Shown here one piece after another: positions 24,538 to 34,887 of a DNA stretch of 64,000 nucleotides; position 1 is the first letter of the stretch, and each line of letters starts with the position of its first letter. The translations under genes and the position numbers were made by a program. The stretch lies in NCBI GenBank assembly GCA_041667145.1, contig JBAYFP010000001.1, forward strand, positions 17,958 through 81,957, in the 5' to 3' direction. Source of the stretch: Minisyncoccota bacterium. Lineage in GTDB: Bacteria > Patescibacteriota > Minisyncoccia > Phycocordibacterales > UBA9973. The notes beneath the pieces were generated by a model. That model saw only the letters and a program-made list of their open reading frames with translations, ran no database searches and was not told the origin of the DNA.

Positions 24538-27500
24538 ATCGCTTTCACTGCCTCTATAATTATACTTTTTTCGCCATTGCGAAGAGAAACTTTGCCGGAG
24601 AGGGCGATACATTTTTCGGGGACGAGTATGTCTACTGATTCTTTGAATATAGAAGGGAATGCGACGGCTTCTATCGATCCAGTAAAGTCAGAAATTTTTA
24701 AGAATGCCATGCGGTCATTGTTTTTTGTGATGACGACTCTAGCTGTCTCTATTATTCCAGCTATGGTGACAGGAATACCGTTTCCTAATTTTTCTTTTAT
24801 TTTTTTAATATTTATATCTCTGCTTTCTAATTTTTCGCGAACTCTGTCTAATGGATGTCCCGAAATATATAGTCCCAGCAATTCTTTTTCCCAAAGTAAT
24901 TTATCTGCCTGAGTTGCCGGTGGGGCTTCTTTTAATTTAAAAGTAGAAATGTCGGATTGTGGCAAGCCACCAAAGAGAGAAGTTTGATTTTCATTTTGGT
25001 TAAATGATTCTTTATTAAAGAGAAGCATATCCTCAAGGTTTGCAAGTAAAACTCCTCGATCAGCCCATTCATCCATACTGCCGGATTTGATCAAAGCTTC
25101 CATGGATTTTTTATTTAAATTTTTGTGTTTAATTCTTTTTAAGAAATCTGTAATGGATTTAAATTTGCCGTTTAATTTTCTCTCCGCTATTATCGCGTCT
25201 GAAATATCTGTACCGAGATTTTTAATCGTATAGAAACCAAATCTTATTTTTTCGCTAATATTTTTTTCTTCATCCCTTATTACCGTAAAGCCGCCATAGT
25301 TTTCATTTATGTTTGGAGGGAGAACTGGGATATTCATATTTTTGCATTCATTAATTATTTCAGAAATCTTTTCTACGTCGCCTGATTCAGCTGTAAGGAT
25401 GGCTGTCATATATTCGACAGGGTAATTGGCTTTCATATAGGCTGTCTGATAAGCGACGCGTCCATAGCTTGCGGCATGAGCTTTGTTGAAACCGTAGGCT
25501 TGGAATGGTTCAAAAAGTTTCCAAAGTTTCTCAGCAAATTCTGGAGTTTGTCCATTTGAAATAATTCCCTTAGTAAATTTTTCTCTTTGAGCTGCCATTT
25601 CTTTTGGAATTTTTTTACCGACAGCTTTTCTGAATTTATCTGCTTCTTCCCAGTTGTATCCGGCTAGCTCTATAGCACAAAAGAGGAGGTCGTCTTGATA
25701 AACGATAAGCCCGTATGATTCACCTAAGAATTTCTTCATTCGAGGATCTAAATATTTTACAAGATTTCTATTGTGTTTACGTTTAATATATTCTGGAATT
25801 GATTCCATAGGTCCAGGGCGGTATAGGGCGACCATTGCATTGATATCATGAATAGAAGTAGGTTTAAGCTCTTTTAAATATCTTGTCATTCCTGCACCGT
25901 TTAATTGGAATAGTCCTTCTGTTTGCCCACTAGCCAAAAGTGAGAAAGTTTTTTTGTCATTGAGGGGGATACGTTCTATGTCTATATCTATATTATAAAA
26001 TCTTTTGACTAGACTTATAGCGTCTCCTAATATTGCCAAGTTTCTAATACCCAAAAAATCAAATTTCAAAAGTCCGGCATCTTCGACACTGTACATATCA
26101 TATTGGGTAATTATTTTTCCACCCTTAGGGTCAAATTGAGTAGGTACATATTCATAAAGAGGTTTTGGAGCGATGACGACCCCGGCGGCATGTACTGAAA
26201 TGTGTCGTACACATCCTTCCAATTTTTTTGCTAGGTCTATAATTTTTTTAGTATCTTTTTCATCTTTATATGCTCCTTTTAATTCTGGAACCATTTCCAT
26301 CGCGTGGTCTATGGTCATTGGCATTCCCTGAGAACCCATTGGGATCATTTTTGAAATTCTGTCACCAATACTGTATGGGTAGCCTAATGCTCGAGCGACA
26401 TCACGCACGGCACCTCTGGCCATCATCGTACCAAATGTACCTATTTGTGCCACTTTATCCTCGCCATATTTCTTTTTCGCATATTCGATCATTTCGTCTC
26501 GTCTATTGTCGGCGTAGTCCATATCTATATCAGGAGGAGAAGGACGAAATGGGTTTAAAAATCTTTCAAAGGGAAGTTTGTATTCTATGGGGTTTACATT
26601 AGTAATACCAAGAAGATAGGTAACCATAGATCCGGCGACAGAACCTCGAATAGTCGTCAAAATACCATTATCTTTTGCATAATCTAATAAATCATCAACT
26701 ACTAGAAAATATGGTGAATATCCTTTTTTAAAAATAATTTTTAATTCATATTCTACTCTTTCAATAATTTCTGGTGTTTGTTTTATTCCTATATTTTCAA
26801 AACCAGCATAAGTAAGCTCGCGTAATTTTTCGTCATATGTCATACCTGCCTCAATTTTAAAATCTGGGAAAACCCAACTCCCGAGCTCGAGTTCAAGATC
26901 ACACATATCGGCTATTTTTTGAGTATTTGTCACAGCTTCAGGAATATCTTTAAAGATTTTTAAGGCTTCCTTTGTATCTATCAATGAAAAATCATCATCT
27001 GAAAATTCAAATTTTGATGTTTCTTTATTGTCTCCTTGTGTATTTATTTGAAGCAATGTATGGTGTGCCTCATGGTCTTCACTACATGGATAATGAGAGT
27101 CCTGTGTAGCAACGACAGGGATGTTGTGTTTCTTTGCGAGTTTCACCAATGTGTCACGCACATGTTTGTCATTTTCTACAGATGGGTGACATTGTATTTC
27201 TATAAAATAATTTTCCTTACCAAATATTTTTTGATATTCAGAAATAATTTTTTCTGCTTTTATCATATCATTACGAGCGATACTTTGAGACAATTCTCCT
27301 CCAAGACAACCCGAGAGAGCAATGACGCCTTCGTGATATTGCTCTAAAATTTCTTTATCCATTCTTGGTTTGTAATAATATCCTTCTAGATTTGAAATAG
27401 TGACGAGTCTGATGAGATTTTTGTACCCTTGTAAATTTTTTGCTAGAAGAGTGAGGTGATAATAACGTTTGCCGCCATCTGATTCTGTCGTTCTGTCTTT

Positions 27501-27746
27501 TCGAGAACCTGCTGTCATATATGCCTCGACTCCAATGATGGGTTTGATGCCTTCTTTTTTTGCTAATTTATAAAATTCTATAGCGCCATACATATTGCCA
27601 TGGTCAGTGACAGCTATAGCGGGCATGTTGTTTTTTTTAGCGAGGGCGACTAAATCTTTAAGCTTAGAAAGCCCATCCAAGAGAGAATAATGGCTGTGTG
27701 TATGTAGGTGTATGAAGCTTGTTTCTGATTTTTCCATTTTTAACAT
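24534..27746 (-). CDS. dnaE: DNA polymerase III alpha subunit
   Basis: PHP domain HLHTHSHYSLLDG, polymerase core, 1070 aa. Confidence 0.9.
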   Translation of the reverse strand: MLKMEKSETSFIHLHTHSHYSLLDGLSKLKDLVALAKKNNMPAIAVTDHGNMYGAIEFYKLAKKEGIKPIIGVEAYMTAGSRKDRTTESDGGKRYYHLTLLAKNLQGYKNLIRLVTISNLEGYYYKPRMDKEILEQYHEGVIALSGCLGGELSQSIARNDMIKAEKIISEYQKIFGKENYFIEIQCHPSVENDKHVRDTLVKLAKKHNIPVVATQDSHYPCSEDHEAHHTLLQINTQGDNKETSKFEFSDDDFSLIDTKEALKIFKDIPEAVTNTQKIADMCDLELELGSWVFPDFKIEAGMTYDEKLRELTYAGFENIGIKQTPEIIERVEYELKIIFKKGYSPYFLVVDDLLDYAKDNGILTTIRGSVAGSMVTYLLGITNVNPIEYKLPFERFLNPFRPSPPDIDMDYADNRRDEMIEYAKKKYGEDKVAQIGTFGTMMARGAVRDVARALGYPYSIGDRISKMIPMGSQGMPMTIDHAMEMVPELKGAYKDEKDTKKIIDLAKKLEGCVRHISVHAAGVVIAPKPLYEYVPTQFDPKGGKIITQYDMYSVEDAGLLKFDFLGIRNLAILGDAISLVKRFYNIDIDIERIPLNDKKTFSLLASGQTEGLFQLNGAGMTRYLKELKPTSIHDINAMVALYRPGPMESIPEYIKRKHNRNLVKYLDPRMKKFLGESYGLIVYQDDLLFCAIELAGYNWEEADKFRKAVGKKIPKEMAAQREKFTKGIISNGQTPEFAEKLWKLFEPFQAYGFNKAHAASYGRVAYQTAYMKANYPVEYMTAILTAESGDVEKISEIINECKNMNIPVLPPNINENYGGFTVIRDEEKNISEKIRFGFYTIKNLGTDISDAIIAERKLNGKFKSITDFLKRIKHKNLNKKSMEALIKSGSMDEWADRGVLLANLEDMLLFNKESFNQNENQTSLFGGLPQSDISTFKLKEAPPATQADKLLWEKELLGLYISGHPLDRVREKLESRDINIKKIKEKLGNGIPVTIAGIIETARVVITKNNDRMAFLKISDFTGSIEAVAFPSIFKESVDILVPEKCIALSGKVSLRNGEKSIIIEAVKAI

Positions 27747-27773
27747 AATAGCATAAAATTAGATTATTAAAAT

Positions 27774-27887
27774 AAAAGAGCAAAAGATAAATTTTTGTCG
27801 GTACGGATTTTTTGAAGCTTAAAAAATCCTGAAATTCTCGGCTCGACAGCCTCGAAACCCCTTAAAAACTTATCTTTTGCTCTTTTA
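27774..27887. repeat. structured repeat element copy 2 (core 27798-27869 inside a 23-bp perfect locus-specific inverted repeat)
   Basis: flanks AAAAGAGCAAAAGATAAATTTTT / AAAAACTTATCTTTTGCTCTTTT; second internal hairpin shows compensatory changes vs copy 1. Confidence 0.7.
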
Positions 27888-27894
27888 TTTTGTA

Positions 27895-27903
27895 TGTTAT
27901 AAT
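27895..27903 (+). promoter_or_regulatory. extended -10 TGTTATAAT 6 nt upstream of the gap ATG
   Basis: TGTTATAAT-attctt-ATG. Confidence 0.5.
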
Positions 27904-27909
27904 ATTCTT

Positions 27910-28935
27910 ATGAAGAAAATTAAAGTAGCCATTAATGGCTTTGGGAGAATAGGTAGAGCATTTTTAAAAATAGCTTGGGACAGACCAGAGATTGAAATAG
28001 TTGCAGTAAATGATTTAGGTTCGATAGAAAGTCTCGCTTATTTACTTCGTCATGATACCGTTTACAGAAATTGGAATCACAAGGTAGAAATTTCTGGTAC
28101 TGATTTATTAATAGATGGAAAAGTTATTAAATTTATTTCAGAAAAAGATACTACAAAACTCCCATGGAAAGAATTAGGCATCGATGTAGTTGTAGAATCA
28201 ACAGGATTATTTACTTCTTATGACAAGGCTGAATTTCATATCAAACAAGGCGCAAAGAAAGTTGTCATTTCTGCTCCATCTAAGGGAGCAGAAGGAAATG
28301 TAAAAGGGGAAACCATATTGCTTGGAATCAATGAAGATAAATTTGGTACTTGTGATATTACTTCCAATGCTTCTTGTACGACAAACGCTGCCTCACCACT
28401 TATTTCGATATTACACGAAGCTTTAGGTATAGAAAAAGCAATTTTAAATACTGTTCATGGGTATACAGCTTCTCAAGCACTTGTCGATGGTCCAAGTAGA
28501 AAAGATTTAAGAGAAGGACGTGCAGCAGCACAGAATATTGTACCGAGTTCTACTGGGGCAGCCATAGCTGTGACAGAAGCATTTCCAGAATTAAAAGGTT
28601 TATTTGATGGTATTTCTATTCGTGTGCCTGTGCCTGCTGGATCAATCGTAGATATCACTTTTATTTCTAAGAAAAATACAACTAAAGAAGAGGTGAATAG
28701 TATTTTAGAAAAAGCTTCGAAAGATAAAAAATGGGAAAAGATTTTTTCTGTCACTAAAGAGCCGTTAGTTTCTTCAGATATTTTAGGGGAATCACATGCG
28801 TGTATCGCAGACCTTGAAATGACTCGCGTCGTAGGGGGAAATCTCGTAAAAGTTCTCGGCTGGTACGATAACGAAATGGGGTATACGTATACCCTAGTTG
28901 ATCATGTAATTAAAACAGGGGGAACGATTAAATAA
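27910..28935 (+). CDS. gap: glyceraldehyde-3-phosphate dehydrogenase (type I)
   Basis: VAINGFGRIGR, SNASCTTN motifs; start moved to MKKIKVAING. Confidence 0.9.
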   Translation: MKKIKVAINGFGRIGRAFLKIAWDRPEIEIVAVNDLGSIESLAYLLRHDTVYRNWNHKVEISGTDLLIDGKVIKFISEKDTTKLPWKELGIDVVVESTGLFTSYDKAEFHIKQGAKKVVISAPSKGAEGNVKGETILLGINEDKFGTCDITSNASCTTNAASPLISILHEALGIEKAILNTVHGYTASQALVDGPSRKDLREGRAAAQNIVPSSTGAAIAVTEAFPELKGLFDGISIRVPVPAGSIVDITFISKKNTTKEEVNSILEKASKDKKWEKIFSVTKEPLVSSDILGESHACIADLEMTRVVGGNLVKVLGWYDNEMGYTYTLVDHVIKTGGTIK

Positions 28936-28943
28936 AAATTAAT

Positions 28944-29852
28944 ATGGAAGAAAATAGAAAATTTAATAATACTTCGGTTGAATCTTCTAAAAAAAGTTTA
29001 ATGTCCAGACGTCATTTTTTAAAGTTAGGTATTTTTGCTGGTGCTGGTGCTGTTTTGGGTTATCCTAAAATCAAGAATGAAATTTTAAACATACTTGATG
29101 AGAATGGTTTGAAAGAAAATATAAAAAGTTTAAAAAATTTTTTATATTCTAATTACAATTTAAATGCTGAACTGGATATTAGCAAAATTCCATCCATTGG
29201 TCATTCGATTAAAAGCGAAAGTACATCTTTAGCCGAACAATCTGAATTTCTTATTTGGATTTGTAAGGAAATAACTAAGTATCCGTTAGATTTTATCAAA
29301 AATTCGGGTTTAAAATCAATTTATTGTACTAAGGCTTTGGAACTTGATGGAACTATCGTCACAAGTTTTGCGTATGGAAATATTTTTTTTATATCTATTG
29401 GTCTATATGGGATTCTTGATAATTTGTATGCTAGTCATTCAGGTGTTACAGAAGATTTTCATCATGAATTATTTCATGTTGCAGACAGAATAAATAATGT
29501 TGAATGGGCTAAATTAAACGAAAAGGGTGATAAAGTCTATATGAGAACTTGGCAACATAATTTGTCTTGGGATGAGCTATATAAAGAATTAACCACAAGT
29601 CGACCAGAAGGATTTGCTGACAGATATGGCTTGAAAAATGAAGGGGAAGATAAAGCTACAATAGCTATGATGTTAATGACCGATCCGGTAAGAGCTTTTT
29701 CTTTAGCTGAAACTGATCTTGTTTTTTCTAAAAAGTTGGAAATTTGTAAAAAGTTATTTAAGGAATTAAGTGATGGCAAAATGGATGAAGTTTTTTGGAA
29801 AGATCTTAGTTTAGGTAATGTAGGTAAAGATTATTGGCAAAATAAAAAATAA
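28944..29852 (+). CDS. putative Tat-secreted protein with HExxH motif
   Basis: SRRHFLKLG twin-arginine-like signal; FHHELFHVADR. Confidence 0.35.
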   Translation: MEENRKFNNTSVESSKKSLMSRRHFLKLGIFAGAGAVLGYPKIKNEILNILDENGLKENIKSLKNFLYSNYNLNAELDISKIPSIGHSIKSESTSLAEQSEFLIWICKEITKYPLDFIKNSGLKSIYCTKALELDGTIVTSFAYGNIFFISIGLYGILDNLYASHSGVTEDFHHELFHVADRINNVEWAKLNEKGDKVYMRTWQHNLSWDELYKELTTSRPEGFADRYGLKNEGEDKATIAMMLMTDPVRAFSLAETDLVFSKKLEICKKLFKELSDGKMDEVFWKDLSLGNVGKDYWQNKK

Positions 29853-29883
29853 TTAATTTCTGTACATCAGGAATGGTTTGATA

Positions 29884-30675
29884 TTAATCGATTTCCCCTT
29901 TGAATACAAATTCGGCTGGGCCGCGGAGAATTATTTCATTTTTTTCATTTTCTGATAGGTAAAGTTTTCCGCCTGGAAATTCTAAGGTTATTTCTTTATT
30001 TTCAGCTAGGCCTTGCCTAGATAATATTGCATACACAGCACAAGCACCCGTACCACAGGCAAGTGTCGCACCACAACCACGCTCCCAGACTTTTACTTTA
30101 AAATAATCATCTGCCACCTTTTCCACAAATTCAGTATTTATTTTATTTGGAAAATGTGAGTCGTTTTCTATTTTAGGACCGATTTGTGATAAATCTATTT
30201 TAGAAATATCTTTTACAATACCAACAGCATGAGGATTACCCATGGAAACAAATTGAAATAAAATATTTTCTATAGTTGTTGGTTTACTAGGGAAGTCAGC
30301 ATGAGAAAAAATCGGGGCTCCCATGTTTACCGAAAAACTTTTATCATTATTACAAATTATTTTTTTTATCCCAGCTCTGGTATCTATCGATAATTCTTTT
30401 TTATTTGATTTTGTTTGTTCTAAAAAAAATTTTGCTAAGCATCTTACTCCGTTACCACACATTTCAGCCAAAGTGCCGTCACTATTGTAATAATTCATAA
30501 AACAATCTGCCTTTAGGGAATTCTCAAGAAGTATTATGCCGTCGGCTCCAATCCCAAAACGTCGATAACAGAGTAGCCTTATGTTATCTGTATTTTTTTC
30601 ATCAAAAGCCTTATCCCGATTGTCTATCATTATAAAGTCATTTCCAGCTCCGTGGTATTTATAAAATTTTATCAT
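29884..30675 (-). CDS. dapF: diaminopimelate epimerase
   Basis: YHGAGNDFIMID and CGNGVRC motifs; start moved to MIKFYKYHG. Confidence 0.8.
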   Translation of the reverse strand: MIKFYKYHGAGNDFIMIDNRDKAFDEKNTDNIRLLCYRRFGIGADGIILLENSLKADCFMNYYNSDGTLAEMCGNGVRCLAKFFLEQTKSNKKELSIDTRAGIKKIICNNDKSFSVNMGAPIFSHADFPSKPTTIENILFQFVSMGNPHAVGIVKDISKIDLSQIGPKIENDSHFPNKINTEFVEKVADDYFKVKVWERGCGATLACGTGACAVYAILSRQGLAENKEITLEFPGGKLYLSENEKNEIILRGPAEFVFKGEID

Positions 30676-30753
30676 GGTATTATATAGATTACTATATAAC
30701 AATGGCGCTCGGACATCAAACAAATAAACTATTTGCTTGTGCTCCTCGCTTAT

Positions 30754-30762
30754 TGTTATAAT
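30754..30762 (+). promoter_or_regulatory. extended -10 TGTTATAAT 6 nt upstream of the rpiB ATG
   Basis: TGTTATAAT-aatact-ATG. Confidence 0.5.
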
Positions 30763-30768
30763 AATACT

Positions 30769-31251
30769 ATGAAAATTTTTATTGGTACAGATCACGCAGG
30801 GTATGTATTAAAAGAAAAACTTGTCTCTTTTTTAAAAGCTCAAGGTCATGAAGTGATAGATGAAGGTGCTTATGTTTATGATGAGGATGATGATTACCCC
30901 GATTTTGTTTCCAAAGTCGCCCGTGAAGTTTCGAAGGATCCAAACTCAAATAGAGTGAGGGGTATTATTTTGGGTGGTACAGGACAAGGGGAAGCTATCG
31001 TGGCAAACAGATTCCCTCATGTTAGAGCCATAGTTTATTATGGCAGAGCAAAGGCTGTAGTAGAAAACGAATCAGGAATTCTTGCTAGATCTAGAAATCA
31101 CAATGATGCTAACATTCTTTCTCTTGGTGCTAGATATTTTACAGAAGAAGATATGGTAGAGATAGTTAATTATTGGCTTAATGCTCCTTTCAGTGAAGGC
31201 GAGAGGCATATTCGTCGTTTAGGAAAAATAGATGCAATAAAAGTTGATTAA
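30769..31251 (+). CDS. rpiB: ribose-5-phosphate isomerase B
   Basis: MKIFIGTDHAGY, RpiB/LacAB family length and motifs. Confidence 0.8.
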   Translation: MKIFIGTDHAGYVLKEKLVSFLKAQGHEVIDEGAYVYDEDDDYPDFVSKVAREVSKDPNSNRVRGIILGGTGQGEAIVANRFPHVRAIVYYGRAKAVVENESGILARSRNHNDANILSLGARYFTEEDMVEIVNYWLNAPFSEGERHIRRLGKIDAIKVD

Positions 31252-31978
31252 GACCATGATTGAAATAATTCCAGTAATTTTACCGAAAAATTATGAAGAT
31301 TTAAAAAACAAAATCGCACTAGTGCGAGGAATTGTTCCTATTGTGCAAGTGGATATTTGTGATGGTATTTTTGTATCGAGTGTTACATGGCCATTTTTGT
31401 CTGCTGGAGGAAAATTTAATGCAGAGAAAGCTGACCTTGATGAACATTTTAATAAAATTTTGAATGAAGAAGAAGGAATGCCTTTTTGGGAAGATATTGA
31501 TTTTGAACTTGACCTATTGGTGAAAGATGCAGTAGAGAATTTTGATATTTATACTAAATTAGGACCAAAAAGAATTATTTTCCATATTGAGGCAGTTGGT
31601 GATCTTGAAGATTTTAGGTATTTCTTAGAAGGGATAGATATGTATACTAGAGATAGTATAGAGATAGGTATTGCCATAAATCCTTCTACCCCTATAGAGC
31701 AGGCCTTCTCCTTAATTTCATGTGTAGATTTTGTTCAATTTATGGGGAACGATAAGATCGGGTATCAAGGAGTGACTTTAGATGAAAAAATTTACAAAAA
31801 GATTAAAGATTTTAGAGAAAAATATTTCGATATCCCCATTGCTGTCGATATCGGGGTGAATAAAAAGACAGCTCCACTTTTGATAAAAGCAGGAGTCACA
31901 AAGCTCATCATGGGTTCGGCGATCTTTAATACAGATGATGTTGTCGGAACGATAGAAGAATTTAAGAATTTAGAATAA
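31244..31978 (+). CDS. rpe: ribulose-phosphate 3-epimerase-like TIM-barrel protein
   Basis: VDICDGIFV (cf. DVMDGHFV), operon with rpiB. Confidence 0.5.
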   Translation: MIKTMIEIIPVILPKNYEDLKNKIALVRGIVPIVQVDICDGIFVSSVTWPFLSAGGKFNAEKADLDEHFNKILNEEEGMPFWEDIDFELDLLVKDAVENFDIYTKLGPKRIIFHIEAVGDLEDFRYFLEGIDMYTRDSIEIGIAINPSTPIEQAFSLISCVDFVQFMGNDKIGYQGVTLDEKIYKKIKDFREKYFDIPIAVDIGVNKKTAPLLIKAGVTKLIMGSAIFNTDDVVGTIEEFKNLE

Positions 31979-31983
31979 AACAT

Positions 31984-32592
31984 ATGATTAAATTGATCAT
32001 GTTTGATTTTGATGGAGTCATAGATAACAATTATGATTTGCATTTTGGTTTAAGTGAAAAGAAATTTACAGATATTACAAGAGAAGAACACAGGAAATTG
32101 TTTGAAGGCAACATTCATATTGAGAGAGAAAAATTGAAACACAGAGATACCGGTTTTGATTTTTTGAAACATCTAAGTGATACAAGAAAAGACAGAAAAA
32201 TAGAAAAAAATATAGAAAAAACTTTAAAAATATTAGCTCAAGATTATAATTTAGGGATAGTTTCTTCTTGTCATGAATATGGAATAAAAGAATATCTTCA
32301 AAATAATAAAATAGAAAACTTATTTTCTTTTCTTTATGGGCTTGAGACGCATAAATTAAAAACCCATAAATTTAAAAAAGTTTTAGGGGAATTTAATCTG
32401 AAAGAAGAAGAATGTATTTTTATAACAGATACATTGGGAGACATACTCGAGGCCAATGAAGCTGGGATAGATACTGTGGCTGTTGATTTCGGTTATCACG
32501 AAAGAGAGAGGCTAAAAAAGGGCAATCCTAAGAAAATAATTTCAGATTTTAAGGAGTTGATTGAAGTTCTAAAAAATATTGAGAATTTATAG
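31984..32592 (+). CDS. HAD-superfamily hydrolase
   Basis: motif I FDFDGVI; C-terminal D-containing motif. Confidence 0.55.
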   Translation: MIKLIMFDFDGVIDNNYDLHFGLSEKKFTDITREEHRKLFEGNIHIEREKLKHRDTGFDFLKHLSDTRKDRKIEKNIEKTLKILAQDYNLGIVSSCHEYGIKEYLQNNKIENLFSFLYGLETHKLKTHKFKKVLGEFNLKEEECIFITDTLGDILEANEAGIDTVAVDFGYHERERLKKGNPKKIISDFKELIEVLKNIENL

Positions 32593-32642
32593 GTTTTTGT
32601 GATTGACTGAAGAAATTTATGTAGGTATACTTAAAGATATAA

Positions 32643-33995
32643 ATGAACTTCTTGGGTAGAAAAAAAGAGGGTAGGAAGCTGTCTGGGAATATTTTATTTT
32701 TCTTGATTTTTTTTGTTTTTATTTTTGGGTTAGTGTTTTTCTCTGTTGTAGAGGCAGATTTTACAAGTACTAATTTTAAGCTCGAAAATCCAATTAATAT
32801 AATTAGCGGAGAACAATCAACATCACCGAGTTTTAAATATCTATCTACTACTTCTCAGTTAGTGCAAGGCCAGAGTACTAGTACTAATTTTACTCAAAAC
32901 GCAGGTTTTTTATATTTTCCAATAGCTACCTCACCTGTCTTATCTGCAACAGCCGGAGATGCACAGGTAGTTTTAAATTGGACTTCTGCTATAGGAATTT
33001 TAGCTAACATAACAAGTTATGAAGTGGGAATAAGTACTAGCTCGGGTGGAACATATACGTATACTTCAGTTGGAAATGTTCTGACTGATACGAAAACATC
33101 TCTTACAAACGGGACTCCATATTATTTTAAAATTCGTTCTTTTACTGCAGGACTTTTGTTAAGTGAATCTGCTATTGTGAGTGCGACACCTGTAGCTACA
33201 ATTATTCCTCCTCCAGGTGGCGGAGGCGGTGGAGGTGGAGGTGGAGTCCCACCACCAGCTCAAACGGGAGTAATTTTTTCTGGTAGAGCGTATCCATTAA
33301 GTAAAGTTAGTTTTCTAAAAGATGGACAACTAGCGCTTTCAACTATTGCTGGTCCGGATAGTAATTTTACTGGAAGTTTGACTAATCTTTCAGCAGGTAA
33401 TTATAACTTTTCTGTATATGGTGAAGATAAAAATGGTTTACGTTCAACTCCATTTAGTTTCCAGGTATTTGTGACATCAGGAGCGACTACAAACATTAGT
33501 GGGATATTTATTGCTCCGACGATTGCTGTAGATAAAAGTGAAGTAAAAAAAGGAGATAATATAGCTATCTTTGGACAAAGCGCTCCTTCATCAGAAATTG
33601 TCATCAGTATAAATTCTGCACAAGAATTTTTTAATAGTGCAGCTAGTGATAATAATGGTATATACTTACACAATTTTGATACATCTGTTCTCGAGCTTGG
33701 TAATCACTCCACAAAATCTAAAGCTTTAAAAAATGGTGAGATCAGTTCTTTTAGTAATATAGTAGGTTTTATTGTTGGAACAAAAAATATACTTGCAAAA
33801 GCACCAGAAAAAAGTGATAAATGTGATTTGAATGAAGATGGGCGTTGTAATCTTGTAGATTTTTCTATTGCAGCATTTTGGTATAAAAAACCTCTAAGTG
33901 AAGAATTCAAATTGAGAGAAAAGAAACATTTAAATGGAGACGGGAAAGTCGATTTGGTTGATTTTAGTATAATGGCCTTTTATTGGACAGGGTAA
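32643..33995 (+). CDS. secreted/anchored protein with fibronectin type III domain, Gly/Pro linker and C-terminal dockerin repeats
   Basis: FN3-like VVLNWTSA..YEVGISTSSGG..YYFKIRSF; PPPGGGGGGGGGGVPPP; dockerin pair DLNEDGRCNLVDFSI / LNGDGKVDLVDFSIM. Confidence 0.55.
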   Translation: MNFLGRKKEGRKLSGNILFFLIFFVFIFGLVFFSVVEADFTSTNFKLENPINIISGEQSTSPSFKYLSTTSQLVQGQSTSTNFTQNAGFLYFPIATSPVLSATAGDAQVVLNWTSAIGILANITSYEVGISTSSGGTYTYTSVGNVLTDTKTSLTNGTPYYFKIRSFTAGLLLSESAIVSATPVATIIPPPGGGGGGGGGGVPPPAQTGVIFSGRAYPLSKVSFLKDGQLALSTIAGPDSNFTGSLTNLSAGNYNFSVYGEDKNGLRSTPFSFQVFVTSGATTNISGIFIAPTIAVDKSEVKKGDNIAIFGQSAPSSEIVISINSAQEFFNSAASDNNGIYLHNFDTSVLELGNHSTKSKALKNGEISSFSNIVGFIVGTKNILAKAPEKSDKCDLNEDGRCNLVDFSIAAFWYKKPLSEEFKLREKKHLNGDGKVDLVDFSIMAFYWTG

Positions 33996-34011
33996 TATTA
34001 TAAAAATTATT

Positions 34012-34887
34012 ATGAAAAAATTTAGTCTAGTTTTATTTTTAATATTTTTTTTACCATTAGTATCTTTTGCTGCTAATATTTCTTTTGATTCAAATAAAGA
34101 TACCTTTTCTCAAGGTGAAGAATTTTTAGTGCAAGTTTTGTTAGACACAAAAGATGTGTCAGTGAATGCAGTAGAAGGAACTATCACATTTTCAGCTGAA
34201 TTTTTAGAACTAAAAGAGGTCAGAGATGGAAATTCGACTATTAATTTTTGGATAGAAAAACCTAATAATAAAAATGGAAATATTTCTTTTTCTGGTATCA
34301 CCACTGGTGGTTTTTCGGGGAGTAAAATGTTTTTATTTGGAATGGTATTCAAAACGAAAAAAGATGGAAACAGTCAAATGAATTTTAATAATGTAAGAAT
34401 TTTAGAGAATGATGGTATAGGTACAAAAATATCTACAAAAGAAATTCCTTTTAATTTTTCTATATCAAAAGATTTAAGTGGAAATAAAGTGGAAGATCTA
34501 ACCCTAAATGATAATGAAATGCCAGAAGATTTCACGCCATTCATAGGGAATGATTCTACTTTGTTTGGTGGGAAATATTTTATTGTATTTAGTACTGTAG
34601 ATAAAAGATCTGGCATAGACCATTATGAGGTACGAGAAAGTCCTTGGTATTTATTTGGATTTTTTGGAGGAAAATATGTAGTTACAGACAGCCCATATCT
34701 TTTGAGAGATCAAACACTTAAGGATACAATATATGTTAAAGCAATAGACAAAGCTAATAATGAGAGAATAGTAAAGATCGGAGCTCAAAACAGGCTAGCT
34801 CTATTGGAACAATGTTTAATTGTTGGTATACTTCTAAGCATATGTATTTTCTTATTCAAAAAATATGGACCAAATTTATTACGCTAA
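34012..34887 (+). CDS. cohesin-domain protein (secreted)
   Basis: signal peptide; cohesin-like beta-sandwich pattern GEEFLVQVLLDTKDVSVNAVEGTITFSAEFLELKEV. Confidence 0.45.
   Translation: MKKFSLVLFLIFFLPLVSFAANISFDSNKDTFSQGEEFLVQVLLDTKDVSVNAVEGTITFSAEFLELKEVRDGNSTINFWIEKPNNKNGNISFSGITTGGFSGSKMFLFGMVFKTKKDGNSQMNFNNVRILENDGIGTKISTKEIPFNFSISKDLSGNKVEDLTLNDNEMPEDFTPFIGNDSTLFGGKYFIVFSTVDKRSGIDHYEVRESPWYLFGFFGGKYVVTDSPYLLRDQTLKDTIYVKAIDKANNERIVKIGAQNRLALLEQCLIVGILLSICIFLFKKYGPNLLR

Noticed and set aside
33215-33247. G-rich tract GGTGGCGGAGGCGGTGGAGGTGGAGGTGGAG as a phase-variable SSR or G-quadruplex
   Set aside because: It is not a homopolymer or perfect short repeat. It encodes an in-frame Gly10 linker between the FN3 and downstream domains, so it is best read as a flexible linker.
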